Assembly: GCA_003135555.1 (NCBI GenBank) | Contig: PLCF01000027.1 | Location: 6,116-70,115, forward strand | Reading direction: 5' to 3' | Length of the DNA: 64,000 nt | Source: Vulcanimicrobiota bacterium | Lineage (GTDB): Bacteria > Vulcanimicrobiota > Vulcanimicrobiia > Vulcanimicrobiales > Vulcanimicrobiaceae | In this document: positions 42,827 through 51,634 of the stretch, in pieces | Position numbering within the stretch: the first letter of the stretch is position 1 | Layout of the letters: the number at the start of each line of letters is the position of its first letter | Made by a program: the position numbers and the translations under genes | The notes under the pieces: model-generated | What the model saw: the letters and a program-made list of their open reading frames with translations, nothing else | Told to the model about the DNA's origin: nothing | The model's database searches: none

Positions 42827-44605
42827 ATGAAACGCCTTCTCGCACTCGCTCTCACGACCGGCGTCGCCACGGCGTCGTGCTCCGGTGGCGGCATGAGCCA
42901 CCTGCTCCCTGGTACGAACGGCGCCGGTCCGCGCACCACGCAGGCGGTGCAGCAGGCTGTCATCGCTCCGCCGGGCTGGGCCGCGACCGCAACCCGCGGC
43001 GCGACGATCCCCGCGGCAACGGATCGCGGCGCGCTCGCGCCGGCGACCCCGATGACCGTTCGGGTCGGCCTCAACCTCCACAACGAGGATCAGCTGCGCT
43101 CGCTGATCGCCGCGCGCCAGCGCATCTCGCCGTCGCAGTTCAACGCGCAGTACGGTGCGACGCCCAGCGAGGTGCAGTCGGTCGTCACCTACCTCCAAGG
43201 TCAGGGCTTCACCAACGTGCAGGCAAGCACGCAGCTGGTGAGCGCCGACGGCACCGCGGCGCAAGTCGCCAAGGCGTTCAACACCTCGCTGGAGTCGTTC
43301 CAGCTGGGCGGCGCCGCCGTGTACGTCAACACGCAGCCGGCGCTCGTGCCGGCGGCGCTCGGAAACGTCGTGTCGGCGGTACTCGGCCTGAACAACGCGG
43401 CGAAGATGGCGGTGCGCCCGAACCTGACGCGACCGCACGCGACGTGCTTTCCGACCGCGGCCCCGACCGGGCAGTGCACGCCGGCGTTCGACGCCAAAGA
43501 CGTGCAGACGTACTATGACGCGACGGCGATTCCGACCGGCTCCGCGACCACGATTGCGGTCATGGCCGAGGGCGACGTCTCCGGCACGGTGAGCGACCTG
43601 CGCTTCGCCGAAGCGAAGCTCGGGCTGCCGCAAGTCCCGGTCAACGTCGTCAAGGTCGGCCTGTCGAGCCCCGACACCGCCGGCGTAGTGGAGTGGGATC
43701 TCGACACGCAGAGCTCGACGGGGATGGCCCAGAACGTCCAGGCGCTCTACATCTACGACACGACCTCGCTCAGCGACTCCGACATCGCCAACGAATACAA
43801 CTCGTGGGTCGGTCAGGACGTCACGCAACTCGGCAACTCGTCGTTCGGCGAGTGCGAGTACCAAGCGTTCCTCGACGGCGCGATGAAGGTCGACGATCAC
43901 CTCTTCATGCAGGCTGCGGCGCAAGGCCAGACGATGTTCGTGTCGACGGGCGATACGGGCTCATCGTGCGCGCTCGCTCCGACCAACGGTGCACCGGGAT
44001 CGGGTCCGCCGATGGTCGAGTATCCCGCGGCGTCGCCGTATGTCGTCGGCGTCGGCGGCACGACGGTCGTCTCGAACTCGGCCGACTCCAGCTACGCCGG
44101 CGAAGTCGCGTGGAACGCCGGCGGCGGCGGCCTGAGCCAATTCGAGAACTCGACGAGCTGGCAGCAGGCCGTCATCCCCAGCAGCACCGGGCTCGCGGCG
44201 ACGAACCTGCGCGGTCTACCCGACATCGCGATGGCGGCCGACGCCTTCTCCGGCGCGTACAACATCTACGGCCCCAACGTCCCGAGCGTCGGCGATTGTA
44301 GCGCCGGGTGCGCGATCGGCGGCACCAGCGAAGCGTCACCACTCGCCATGGGCTCGTACTCGCGACTGATGTCCGCGCACGGCAACGCGCTCGGCTTCGC
44401 GGCGCCGCAATTCTATCGCGACTACCTGGCGAACCAGAACAGCGCGACGACGGTCACCGGACCGCCGCCGACGCAGGCGCTGGGCGGCTTCCACGACATC
44501 ATCACGGGCGGAAACGGTATGTACACGGCCCTGCCGGGCTACGACTACACCACCGGCCTCGGCGCCCTCGATCTCGCCGTAATGAACGCCCAAATCGGCA
44601 CCTGA
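42827..44605 (+). CDS. S53 (sedolisin/kumamolisin) peptidase, predicted lipoprotein, paralog 2
   Basis: EWDLD, STGDTG, GGTSEASP, 'GYDYTTGLG'. Confidence 0.9.
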   Translation: MKRLLALALTTGVATASCSGGGMSHLLPGTNGAGPRTTQAVQQAVIAPPGWAATATRGATIPAATDRGALAPATPMTVRVGLNLHNEDQLRSLIAARQRISPSQFNAQYGATPSEVQSVVTYLQGQGFTNVQASTQLVSADGTAAQVAKAFNTSLESFQLGGAAVYVNTQPALVPAALGNVVSAVLGLNNAAKMAVRPNLTRPHATCFPTAAPTGQCTPAFDAKDVQTYYDATAIPTGSATTIAVMAEGDVSGTVSDLRFAEAKLGLPQVPVNVVKVGLSSPDTAGVVEWDLDTQSSTGMAQNVQALYIYDTTSLSDSDIANEYNSWVGQDVTQLGNSSFGECEYQAFLDGAMKVDDHLFMQAAAQGQTMFVSTGDTGSSCALAPTNGAPGSGPPMVEYPAASPYVVGVGGTTVVSNSADSSYAGEVAWNAGGGGLSQFENSTSWQQAVIPSSTGLAATNLRGLPDIAMAADAFSGAYNIYGPNVPSVGDCSAGCAIGGTSEASPLAMGSYSRLMSAHGNALGFAAPQFYRDYLANQNSATTVTGPPPTQALGGFHDIITGGNGMYTALPGYDYTTGLGALDLAVMNAQIGT

Positions 44606-44614
44606 TCTCCAGCG

Positions 44615-45577
44615 TCACCCTGAGAATTTTCGTAGTCGTTCGTAAAGGGGGTCGAGCCATCGGGTGGCAAGGTGGTCGATCTCGGTTGAGGCGACGCGTA
44701 CCGTTGGGGGGCGGAACGCGTCGCCTTCACTCTTGGCATCGATCATCGCGGCCGCGCGCATCCGCTCGGTCTCGCTCGCATCCGGCGAAACACCGAAGAA
44801 CGGCAACACCTCGCTGAACACCGCATCGGGGAGCGAGTCGTATGCGACGCAGCGGGCACGCCCGGTCCCGGCGTACGCGAGTGCCGCGTTGCAGAACGCC
44901 GCCAGCATCCGCGCGCAGTACTCCAAAGGCGAGACCGATCCAAGCGCGGATGGCTCGATGCCGGCCAGGCGCGGGTCGAGCGTTCCGGGCACGATCTCTG
45001 CGCCCGGGTTTTTTTCCTGCGACCGCAGCACCGCGCGCGGTTCCCGGAACGCGAAGACCCACGGCACGTCGGGAAACGCTCGCGCAAAGAGCGGCAGATC
45101 GACGACGTGCCATGCGTGCAACTTCACGAACAACTGGTCTTCGCCGCGTTGCGGGCGGCCCAACACCCGAACCAGCGCGCGCAGCCGCCGCGCGGCAACC
45201 TCTTCGCCGAGCCCGCCTGCACGATGCAGCCTAAGGAAGCCGTCGAGAGGCTGCGGCTCGGAGAGCACGACGGCGGAGGAGAGCCGCGAGAGCATTTGCG
45301 CGATCAGCGTCGAGCCGCAGCGCGACATGTGAAAGACGAGTCCGGTCGGCTTCCCCGGCGGCAACGCGTCTGCGATCGCATCGACGACTTCGAGCGGCGT
45401 GGTGCGCGCAAACAGCCCATTGAACGGGTGCTGCATCGCACGATATACGGTCTGCTCGAAAAACGGGTCGGCGAACGGGCCGTCCACGATTGCCCAATCC
45501 AGCAGCGGTTCGGCCACGCTGCCGTGCACGCGAATCGGCGTCCACGGTTCCAGGCTCGCGACGTCTAGCGAATCCAC
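44615..45577 (-). CDS. Sulfotransferase-like protein
   Basis: 'FHMSRCGSTL' PAPS-loop-like motif, 'SEP..LD', 'FPDVPWVFAFREP'; start may be 45589. Confidence 0.7.
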   Translation of the reverse strand: MDSLDVASLEPWTPIRVHGSVAEPLLDWAIVDGPFADPFFEQTVYRAMQHPFNGLFARTTPLEVVDAIADALPPGKPTGLVFHMSRCGSTLIAQMLSRLSSAVVLSEPQPLDGFLRLHRAGGLGEEVAARRLRALVRVLGRPQRGEDQLFVKLHAWHVVDLPLFARAFPDVPWVFAFREPRAVLRSQEKNPGAEIVPGTLDPRLAGIEPSALGSVSPLEYCARMLAAFCNAALAYAGTGRARCVAYDSLPDAVFSEVLPFFGVSPDASETERMRAAAMIDAKSEGDAFRPPTVRVASTEIDHLATRWLDPLYERLRKFSG

Positions 45578-45771
45578 CGCATGATCCACGCCTGCCGCGC
45601 GTTGTCCAGGCCTCTGACGATCTCCGCGCCTTGCACGTCGCAGCCGAGCTCGGCGGCAAGGCTCAAAACCTCGCGCACGAACCGTTCCGGCTCGACGCGC
45701 CGCAGGCGCAACGCCAAGTCCGAATCGGCGTGCACGCGCTCGCGCAGCGTTCGCAGCCCGTCAGCGGACAT
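45565..45771 (-). CDS. Nif11-leader-like small helical protein
   Basis: 'LRERVHADSDLALRL....ERFVREVLSLAAELGCDV...EI' resembles the Nif11-type leader pattern. Confidence 0.55.
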   Translation of the reverse strand: MSADGLRTLRERVHADSDLALRLRRVEPERFVREVLSLAAELGCDVQGAEIVRGLDNARQAWIMRWIR

Positions 45772-45895
45772 CAGTGTTCGACGAAGTCGGAGCTCGAAAA
45801 ACGGATCGGTGAACGGTTCGTCGACGATCGCCCAGTCGACCAGCGGTTCGGCTCCGTTCGCGCGAATGCGTATCGGCGCAGGCCCTCAGCGACAT
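45772..45895 (-). pseudogene. Frameshifted N-terminal relic of a second sulfotransferase-like gene
   Basis: MSLRA/(shift)/APIRIRANGAEPLVDWAIVDEPFTDPFFE versus intact WTPIRVHGSVAEPLLDWAIVDGPFADPFFE. Confidence 0.75.
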
Positions 45896-46512
45896 CAGGA
45901 CGTCGGCGGAACCGCCGCCTCGAGCAGCTGCAGCAGGTCGTCGTCGACGATGCAGTCGACGACGAGATGGATGCGCGGGCCGGGGCCGGGGTTGTGGACG
46001 CTGTGCGCATTCGACACGTCGACGTACCAGCATTCGCCGGGAGCCATGTGCAGCGGCTCCCCGCCTAGCACGAACTCGACGCCCGGCCCCGTGACGACGG
46101 GTATGTGGAACCGCACGAAGCCGTAGTCGACGCCGATGTTGTAGTCCTCGTGTTCGAGGATGCGCGCAGCCGGGCCCAGCCTCAGCAGACGGACGGACCG
46201 TGTTTCGCATGCGATTTCGGCTAGGACGCTGCGAATCGCCGGACAGCGCTCGAGATACGGCGTGTCGAGCCAGGGCGCGGTACCGGTCGGGTCCGGTCCG
46301 AGCGTCAAACGACCGTGCGGAGAGCGCAATGGGACGCCGCTCCAATCCCCCTCGTAGTACGCGCGGTTGAAATGCGTGATCCACTCGCTCTGGTCGAACG
46401 CCAGCGCTTCGCCCGCGAGCGCGTCCGCGTCGAACGCGAACGGCAACTTCAGCCGCGACGGAAGCGCCTCGTCCTTCGACAGGTCTGTTGCATCAGGCGT
46501 CGCCAGTGACAC
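45895..46512 (-). CDS. Aspartyl/asparaginyl beta-hydroxylase-domain 2OG-Fe(II) oxygenase
   Basis: 'W..HFN..YYEGDWS', 'VRLLRL.P...ILEHED', 'RFHIPV', 'HSVHN....RIHLVVD'. Confidence 0.85.
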   Translation of the reverse strand: MSLATPDATDLSKDEALPSRLKLPFAFDADALAGEALAFDQSEWITHFNRAYYEGDWSGVPLRSPHGRLTLGPDPTGTAPWLDTPYLERCPAIRSVLAEIACETRSVRLLRLGPAARILEHEDYNIGVDYGFVRFHIPVVTGPGVEFVLGGEPLHMAPGECWYVDVSNAHSVHNPGPGPRIHLVVDCIVDDDLLQLLEAAVPPTS

Positions 46513-46535
46513 TCGGGGCCCTTCGTCGCGTCCGA

Positions 46536-46703
46536 TCAAGGTGACTTCAACTCTGCCAGGAGATCGTCTGCAGAATCGAATTTGCGCAGCCGACCGGCGG
46601 CGATGGCAGCATCGGCTTCCCGCTCCATCGCTTGCCAACGCTCCGACCAGAACCACGCTTGAGACGCGTCGACCGTGTGCTCCGGGATCAGCTCGAAACC
46701 CAT
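46536..46703 (-). pseudogene. C-terminal half of an AbrB-type antitoxin, orphan
   Basis: 'SQAWFWSERWQAMEREADAAIAAGR...FDSADDLLAEL'; no AbrB DNA-binding N-terminus or toxin next to it. Confidence 0.6.
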
Positions 46704-46782
46704 AACCGAAGAATAGCCGATATGCGGAGTTGCCGTAATGCCGCAATCTCCGTTCAGTGCAGACCGCTGCGCTTGGGCTTCC

Positions 46783-48276
46783 CTACTGTTCGACAAAATC
46801 CGGATACGCGCTCTTGGCGTAGGGGTCGTCGGAGGGCCACTCGGGGATGCGGTCGTCCCACGGCGTCGCCTCGCGCTCGGGCAGCGTCACCTCTTGGGCC
46901 ACCCCGATCTTGTGCAGCGTGGCGAGGGTCTCGACGTGCCCGGTCTGCGGGAACATGTCGAACGGCTGCACGACGCCCAGCGCGTATCCGCGCTTCGACA
47001 GATACGCCAGGTCGCGCGCGAGCGTCGCCGGATTGCACGACAGATACCACAAGTTTGGCACGCCGGCTGCCGCGATCGCGTCGAGCGTTGCTTCGTCGCT
47101 GCCTTTGCGCGGCGGGTCGAGGAACACGATCGCCGCATCCGCCAGCGCCTTCTTCCCGTCCGCGTTCGCGATGGTGCCCTCGACGCGGCCTTCGACGAAG
47201 CGCACCTGGCCCTCGACCCCGTTGAGCGCGGCGTTCTCGCGCGCCTCGCGCACGGCGGCGGGGTTCTCCTCGACGCCGACCACGTTGGCCCCGCGCGCGG
47301 CGAAGAAGATCGCAAACGTGCCGGCGCCGCAGTACAGGTCGACGATGTTGCGGTGCTTCGCGATCCCGGGTTCGAGAAACCGAAAGATCCGGCCCACCAT
47401 CTCGCTGTTGACCTGGAAGAACGATGCCGGCGAGACGCGATACTTCACGCCCTCGATCGTCTCGCTCATCTCGCGCTTGCCCCACACGTAGGCCATCTTG
47501 CTGCCCAACACCGCGTTGGCGGTGCGCGGCTCGAACGAGTTCGAGATGCCGACGACGCCGCGCACGCGACGCGCGATCGCCGGCGCCTTGTCCTTGATCG
47601 CCGGGGACTGCCGGTCGGTGGTGATCGAGAGCACCGCCTCGCCCGACGCAGCGCCCGCGCGCACGATGGCATGCTTGGCGCCCGCGAAGGCGTCGCGCGA
47701 GTCCGGTGCGCGCGCGGCCTCGTAGAGCGTGCCGATCGCCGCGTCGAGCTGCGGCAGCACCACCGGGCAAGAATCGATGCGGACCAGCGCGTGCGAGCGG
47801 GCTTGGTAGAATCCGAACGACGTCTCGCCCGCGGTTTGATCGACGACGAGCGCCATCTTGTTGCGGTAGTTGCGCGGATGCGTCATCCCGACCGGACGCC
47901 GCACGTCGGCGTTCGCGAAGCCGCCGATGCGGCGCAACGCGCTGCGGACGATCTGTTCTTTCCACGCCAGCTGCGCCGGATAGGCGAGGTGCTGCACCTG
48001 GCAGCCGCCGCACACGCCGAACACGGCGCAGAACGGTTTGGCGCGCATCTCCGACTGCGCCTCATAGCCGACGACCTCGCCGACCGCGTAGTTGGGTTTC
48101 ACCTGCGCGATGCGAACTCGCGCGCGTTCGCCCGGCAGCGGACCCGGGACGAAGACCACTAAGCCCTCGATTCGGCCGACCGCCTGTCCGTTCGCCAACA
48201 GGTCGGTGAAGCGAACGGAGGCGACGGCCCCGGGGGCCAGACCGGGCGACACGCGGCGCCCGGGATCGGTCGACAC
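46783..48276 (-). CDS. rlmD: 23S rRNA (uracil-C5)-methyltransferase
   Basis: TRAM domain, C..F..CGGC, YRNK, SFFQVN, DLYCGAG, DPPRKG, YLSCNPATLARD, DMFPQTGHVE. Confidence 0.93.
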   Translation of the reverse strand: MSTDPGRRVSPGLAPGAVASVRFTDLLANGQAVGRIEGLVVFVPGPLPGERARVRIAQVKPNYAVGEVVGYEAQSEMRAKPFCAVFGVCGGCQVQHLAYPAQLAWKEQIVRSALRRIGGFANADVRRPVGMTHPRNYRNKMALVVDQTAGETSFGFYQARSHALVRIDSCPVVLPQLDAAIGTLYEAARAPDSRDAFAGAKHAIVRAGAASGEAVLSITTDRQSPAIKDKAPAIARRVRGVVGISNSFEPRTANAVLGSKMAYVWGKREMSETIEGVKYRVSPASFFQVNSEMVGRIFRFLEPGIAKHRNIVDLYCGAGTFAIFFAARGANVVGVEENPAAVREARENAALNGVEGQVRFVEGRVEGTIANADGKKALADAAIVFLDPPRKGSDEATLDAIAAAGVPNLWYLSCNPATLARDLAYLSKRGYALGVVQPFDMFPQTGHVETLATLHKIGVAQEVTLPEREATPWDDRIPEWPSDDPYAKSAYPDFVEQ

Positions 48277-48277
48277 G

Positions 48278-48523
48278 CTACGTCGTTTTCTTCTCGTCGA
48301 GGGTCTTGATGAGCTGATTGGCCTCGTGGATGAGCGCCTGGATGCGGTCGGTCGTCTCGTCGGCGGCCGGCCGGGGCCTCAACGTCACGCGGAGCACCAG
48401 GAAGGTCAACGCGGCCGACGCACTCGCGATGCTCAGCCACACGAGGGTGCGGCCGATCGGGAATCCGGCGCGGCGTTGTTCGAGAGGTCGGTCGGTGCTC
48501 GAGGCGGTCGTCTGATCGGTCAC
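48278..48523 (-). CDS. Small single-pass membrane protein
   Basis: One TM helix plus short coiled coil; abuts rlmD start. Confidence 0.55.
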   Translation of the reverse strand: MTDQTTASSTDRPLEQRRAGFPIGRTLVWLSIASASAALTFLVLRVTLRPRPAADETTDRIQALIHEANQLIKTLDEKKTT

Positions 48524-48557
48524 GCCGCGACGCTTCGGCGGCGCACCGCTCCCGTCC

Positions 48558-49547
48558 TCACTCGCCTCCCCAGCCGAGGACTTGCGCGATCATGTGCGAG
48601 CGGTTCTTCGAGCCGGTCTTGTGCAGCAGGCTCTTGATGTGGTCTTGCACCGTCGACGACGTGATGAACAAGCGCTCCCCGATCTCGGGGATCTGCGACC
48701 CTTCGAGCAGCAGCACCAGCACCTGCGCCTCGCGCGGCGACATGGCGAAGCGCGCCGCGGCCGCGATCAACGAGTGCGGTTCGCGGTAGAGCTGCACGAC
48801 GACGCCGATGAAGTATCCGCCCGGACCGACCAGCGGCTGCGTGAGGACCAGAAGAAACGGGCTAGGCCGCGCCACTCCGGTCTTGCGCGTCGCAGGATCG
48901 GCGGTCCAGCCGCTCGTCAGCTCGCGAACGGCCTGCTCGATCCGGGGCGGTAGCCGCGTCTCGGAAACCGCCATCGCCGCGATCTCCTCCGGCAGCTCGC
49001 TCCAGCCCAGCACGATGCTCAAGCTCGGATCGAGCACGTACAGCGCGGACGTATCGTCGCGAGCCTCTTTGAGTACCTCGAGCTGCTCGCCGGCCCTGCG
49101 CTTGTCGGACTCCCGCGCCTCCAAGAGCCGCACGGACGAGAGCCGTTCCGATGCCCAGTCCAACGCGAAGACCAAGAGCCGAATCTCGGCCGACGAGAAC
49201 GGGCCGAGCTCACGCGTCCGCAACAGGGTCAGCGTCCCGAACTCGGTACGCCGGTCGCCGAACGTCAGCGCGACCCCGCTCGTGTAGCGGCCCAACCCGC
49301 GCAGGACCGGCGTGATGCGATACCCCTGGTGCGCACGGGCGTGGTGCGGGACCTGTTGGGCCCACCAGCGCCGGTCCAGCGCGCGAGTCGAAGCGACGAA
49401 TTGCTCGGGATCGCCGTCCGGGTTAAAGCTAGCAAACGCCCAGTCGCTTACGGGTACGAGCTGGACGATCGGCTCGACGATATCGCGCCGGGCGTCCGCC
49501 TGAAAGAAGCGGTCCGTGAGGGCCGATCCGGTACCCCCCACTTTCAC
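48558..49547 (-). CDS. LuxR/CsgD-type HTH transcriptional regulator
   Basis: C-terminal 'SPREAQVLVLLLEG....EIGERLFITSSTVQDHIKSLLHKTG'. Confidence 0.85.
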   Translation of the reverse strand: MKVGGTGSALTDRFFQADARRDIVEPIVQLVPVSDWAFASFNPDGDPEQFVASTRALDRRWWAQQVPHHARAHQGYRITPVLRGLGRYTSGVALTFGDRRTEFGTLTLLRTRELGPFSSAEIRLLVFALDWASERLSSVRLLEARESDKRRAGEQLEVLKEARDDTSALYVLDPSLSIVLGWSELPEEIAAMAVSETRLPPRIEQAVRELTSGWTADPATRKTGVARPSPFLLVLTQPLVGPGGYFIGVVVQLYREPHSLIAAAARFAMSPREAQVLVLLLEGSQIPEIGERLFITSSTVQDHIKSLLHKTGSKNRSHMIAQVLGWGGE

Positions 49548-49646
49548 GATGGTTTTCCCACCGGCCTCATGCTAACTTGGTTTCAGCCTTCAATCAACTC
49601 CAAAGTGCTCAAGGGACGGCTGCCTAGCGTCCATCGGAATACAATC

Positions 49647-50048
49647 GTGCTCAGTAGCTCCTTTCGCTCCTGCCTGGCTGGTATCGAACCCGCCGCGCTT
49701 CCACTCCTGGTCGCGACGCTGACGCTGATCGGATCGAGCGAACCTGTGACCATGAGTGAGATCGACGTGACGGCGATCGGCGCGCTCGAGCCGGAGCTGG
49801 TGGTCATGAACGTGGACGCGCTGACGACGGATCCTTTCGAAGCGATCCGCATGACCCGCTTTCTGCTGCGCTCGTGCATCATTGCGATATTCACGGCGCG
49901 GCTCGATCGATCGTGGGGATTTTCATTGCATCTCGCCGGCGCGAATTGTTTGCTGGCGAGCGGGAACGGCGAGGACCGCACTGCGCTGGGGCTGTTGCAC
50001 GCGATCCGCGGCGGCTGCTTCACCGACCGGGCCTTCGACGCAGCGTAA
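49647..50048 (+). CDS. Degenerate receiver-like protein (start uncertain)
   Basis: 'EPELVVMNVD', 'IAIFT', 'AGANCLL' mirror the REC fold; Asn at the apparent phospho-Asp position. Confidence 0.5.
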   Translation: MLSSSFRSCLAGIEPAALPLLVATLTLIGSSEPVTMSEIDVTAIGALEPELVVMNVDALTTDPFEAIRMTRFLLRSCIIAIFTARLDRSWGFSLHLAGANCLLASGNGEDRTALGLLHAIRGGCFTDRAFDAA

Positions 50049-50052
50049 CGCC

Positions 50053-50757
50053 ATGATCTGCAATGCGCCCGACGACCTTAGGAGCCTCGGCTGGACCGCA
50101 CCGTTCGAGGGTGTCACGCTGTCACACCACGCCCTCGCCGTCAGCGCGTCCGCCGGCGGCGACTGGGCCGAGGCGTTCCCCGTATCCGACGTCGAGCTCG
50201 CGATTTCGATCGGTGACGTGTGCGGGCACGATGCGGCAGCCTCCAAGATCATGCTCGAGTTACGCAACGAAATCCGCACTGCGGCCTTCGTCTCGCCCGA
50301 TCCGGGCGCGGTCATGCGCGCCGTCAACGATGCCTTCTATCGGCGCCTCGAGCATACGTACGCGACATCGATCTTCGCGTTGCTCGACGTCGAACGCCGC
50401 AGCCTGCTCTTCGCGAGCGCGGGCCATCCCGCACCGTTCATGATGTCGGGACGGCGAGCGAAATTCTTGGGCCCGCCGGTCAACGACCTGCCGTTGGGCG
50501 TCATGCCGGCGCTCGAGGTCACGCTGCACCGCGTCTCGGTTTACGCCGGTGCGCTCGTCGTGTTCTACACCGACGGCATCGCCGAGTTCGACCGCGATTG
50601 GATGCTCGGCGAAACCTGCCTGCAACGCGCCGTTCGGGCCGCATATCGCTCGCCGGCCACGACCGCGGCTTCCATCATCGCCGAGGAGCTGTCGCGCGTA
50701 ACCCGTTGCGTGGACGATGCCTCGATCCTGACGTTGCGCATGGGTCGCGCCGCGTGA
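50053..50757 (+). CDS. PP2C/SpoIIE-family Ser/Thr phosphatase
   Basis: 'GGDW', 'IGDVCGH', 'SAGHP', 'LPLG', 'YTDGI', 'DDASIL'. Confidence 0.88.
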   Translation: MICNAPDDLRSLGWTAPFEGVTLSHHALAVSASAGGDWAEAFPVSDVELAISIGDVCGHDAAASKIMLELRNEIRTAAFVSPDPGAVMRAVNDAFYRRLEHTYATSIFALLDVERRSLLFASAGHPAPFMMSGRRAKFLGPPVNDLPLGVMPALEVTLHRVSVYAGALVVFYTDGIAEFDRDWMLGETCLQRAVRAAYRSPATTAASIIAEELSRVTRCVDDASILTLRMGRAA

Positions 50758-51587
50758 GCCACACGCGCGCGACGTTGCTGGCGCTGTTGTTCATCCACCT
50801 CGGCGCGTTGGCCGCATTCTGGCCGGGGTTCTTCAGCTGGCCGGCGGTCGCGGTCTGCGCGATCTTGATGTACGTCACCGGCTCGATCGGGATCGCGCTG
50901 GGCTACCATCGCACCCTCACCCATCGCGGGCTGCGCTTGTGGAAGCCCTTGGAATACGCGGTGTCGATATGCGGCTGCCTCGCGCTACAGGGCTCGCCGA
51001 TCGATTGGGTCGCGACGCACCGGGCCCATCACGCGCACACCGACCGCCCCGGCGACCCGCACGACGCCACCGCGGGCTTGAGCTGGTCGCACTACCTTTG
51101 GATGGTCATGCCCAACCGCTACATGGTCACCGGCGACGAACGCTTTCGCTATGCCCCGGACTTGTATGCGGATCCCGTCTACCGGCTGATGAGCCGGTAT
51201 CAGATCGTCTTCACGCTGCTTCTCGCCGCCGTGCTGTTCGCGTTCGGGGGCGCGTCGTGGGTGATCTGGGGGATCTTCGTGCGGCTCGTAGTCGTCTATC
51301 AGTTCACCTGGCTCGTCAACAGCGCGGCGCACACGACCGGCTACCGGTCGTTTCGCACCGGCGATCGTTCGACGAACTGCTGGTGGGTGGCGCTGTTGGG
51401 CTGGGGTGAAGGCTGGCACAACAACCATCACGCCTTCCCGTTCTCGGCGCGCCTCGGGCTGCGCTGGTACGAGCTCGACGTGACCTGGCTCGCCGTGCGC
51501 GTGCTCCAAGTCCTGCGCCTCGCCGCCGACGTCAAGCAGCCGTCCGCCGCGATGCAGCGCCGCCTGCGCATCGACACCGGCCGCTAG
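50754..51587 (+). CDS. Delta-9 fatty acid (acyl-lipid/CoA) desaturase
   Basis: His boxes YHRTLTH, HRAHH, GEGWHNNHH. Confidence 0.92.
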   Translation: MSHTRATLLALLFIHLGALAAFWPGFFSWPAVAVCAILMYVTGSIGIALGYHRTLTHRGLRLWKPLEYAVSICGCLALQGSPIDWVATHRAHHAHTDRPGDPHDATAGLSWSHYLWMVMPNRYMVTGDERFRYAPDLYADPVYRLMSRYQIVFTLLLAAVLFAFGGASWVIWGIFVRLVVVYQFTWLVNSAAHTTGYRSFRTGDRSTNCWWVALLGWGEGWHNNHHAFPFSARLGLRWYELDVTWLAVRVLQVLRLAADVKQPSAAMQRRLRIDTGR

Positions 51588-51598
51588 CCCCCCATTTG

Positions 51599-51634
51599 TC
51601 AGGCTGAGCCCCGTCGAAGCATGGGCCACGATCG
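51599..51634. repeat. REP-like repeat between convergent genes
   Basis: 35/36 identical to the reverse complement of 16563-16598. Confidence 0.8.

Noticed and set aside
44615..44650. TCACCCTGAG resembling the REP start
   Set aside because: It is the last codons of the sulfotransferase-like gene and lacks the GTCGAAG half
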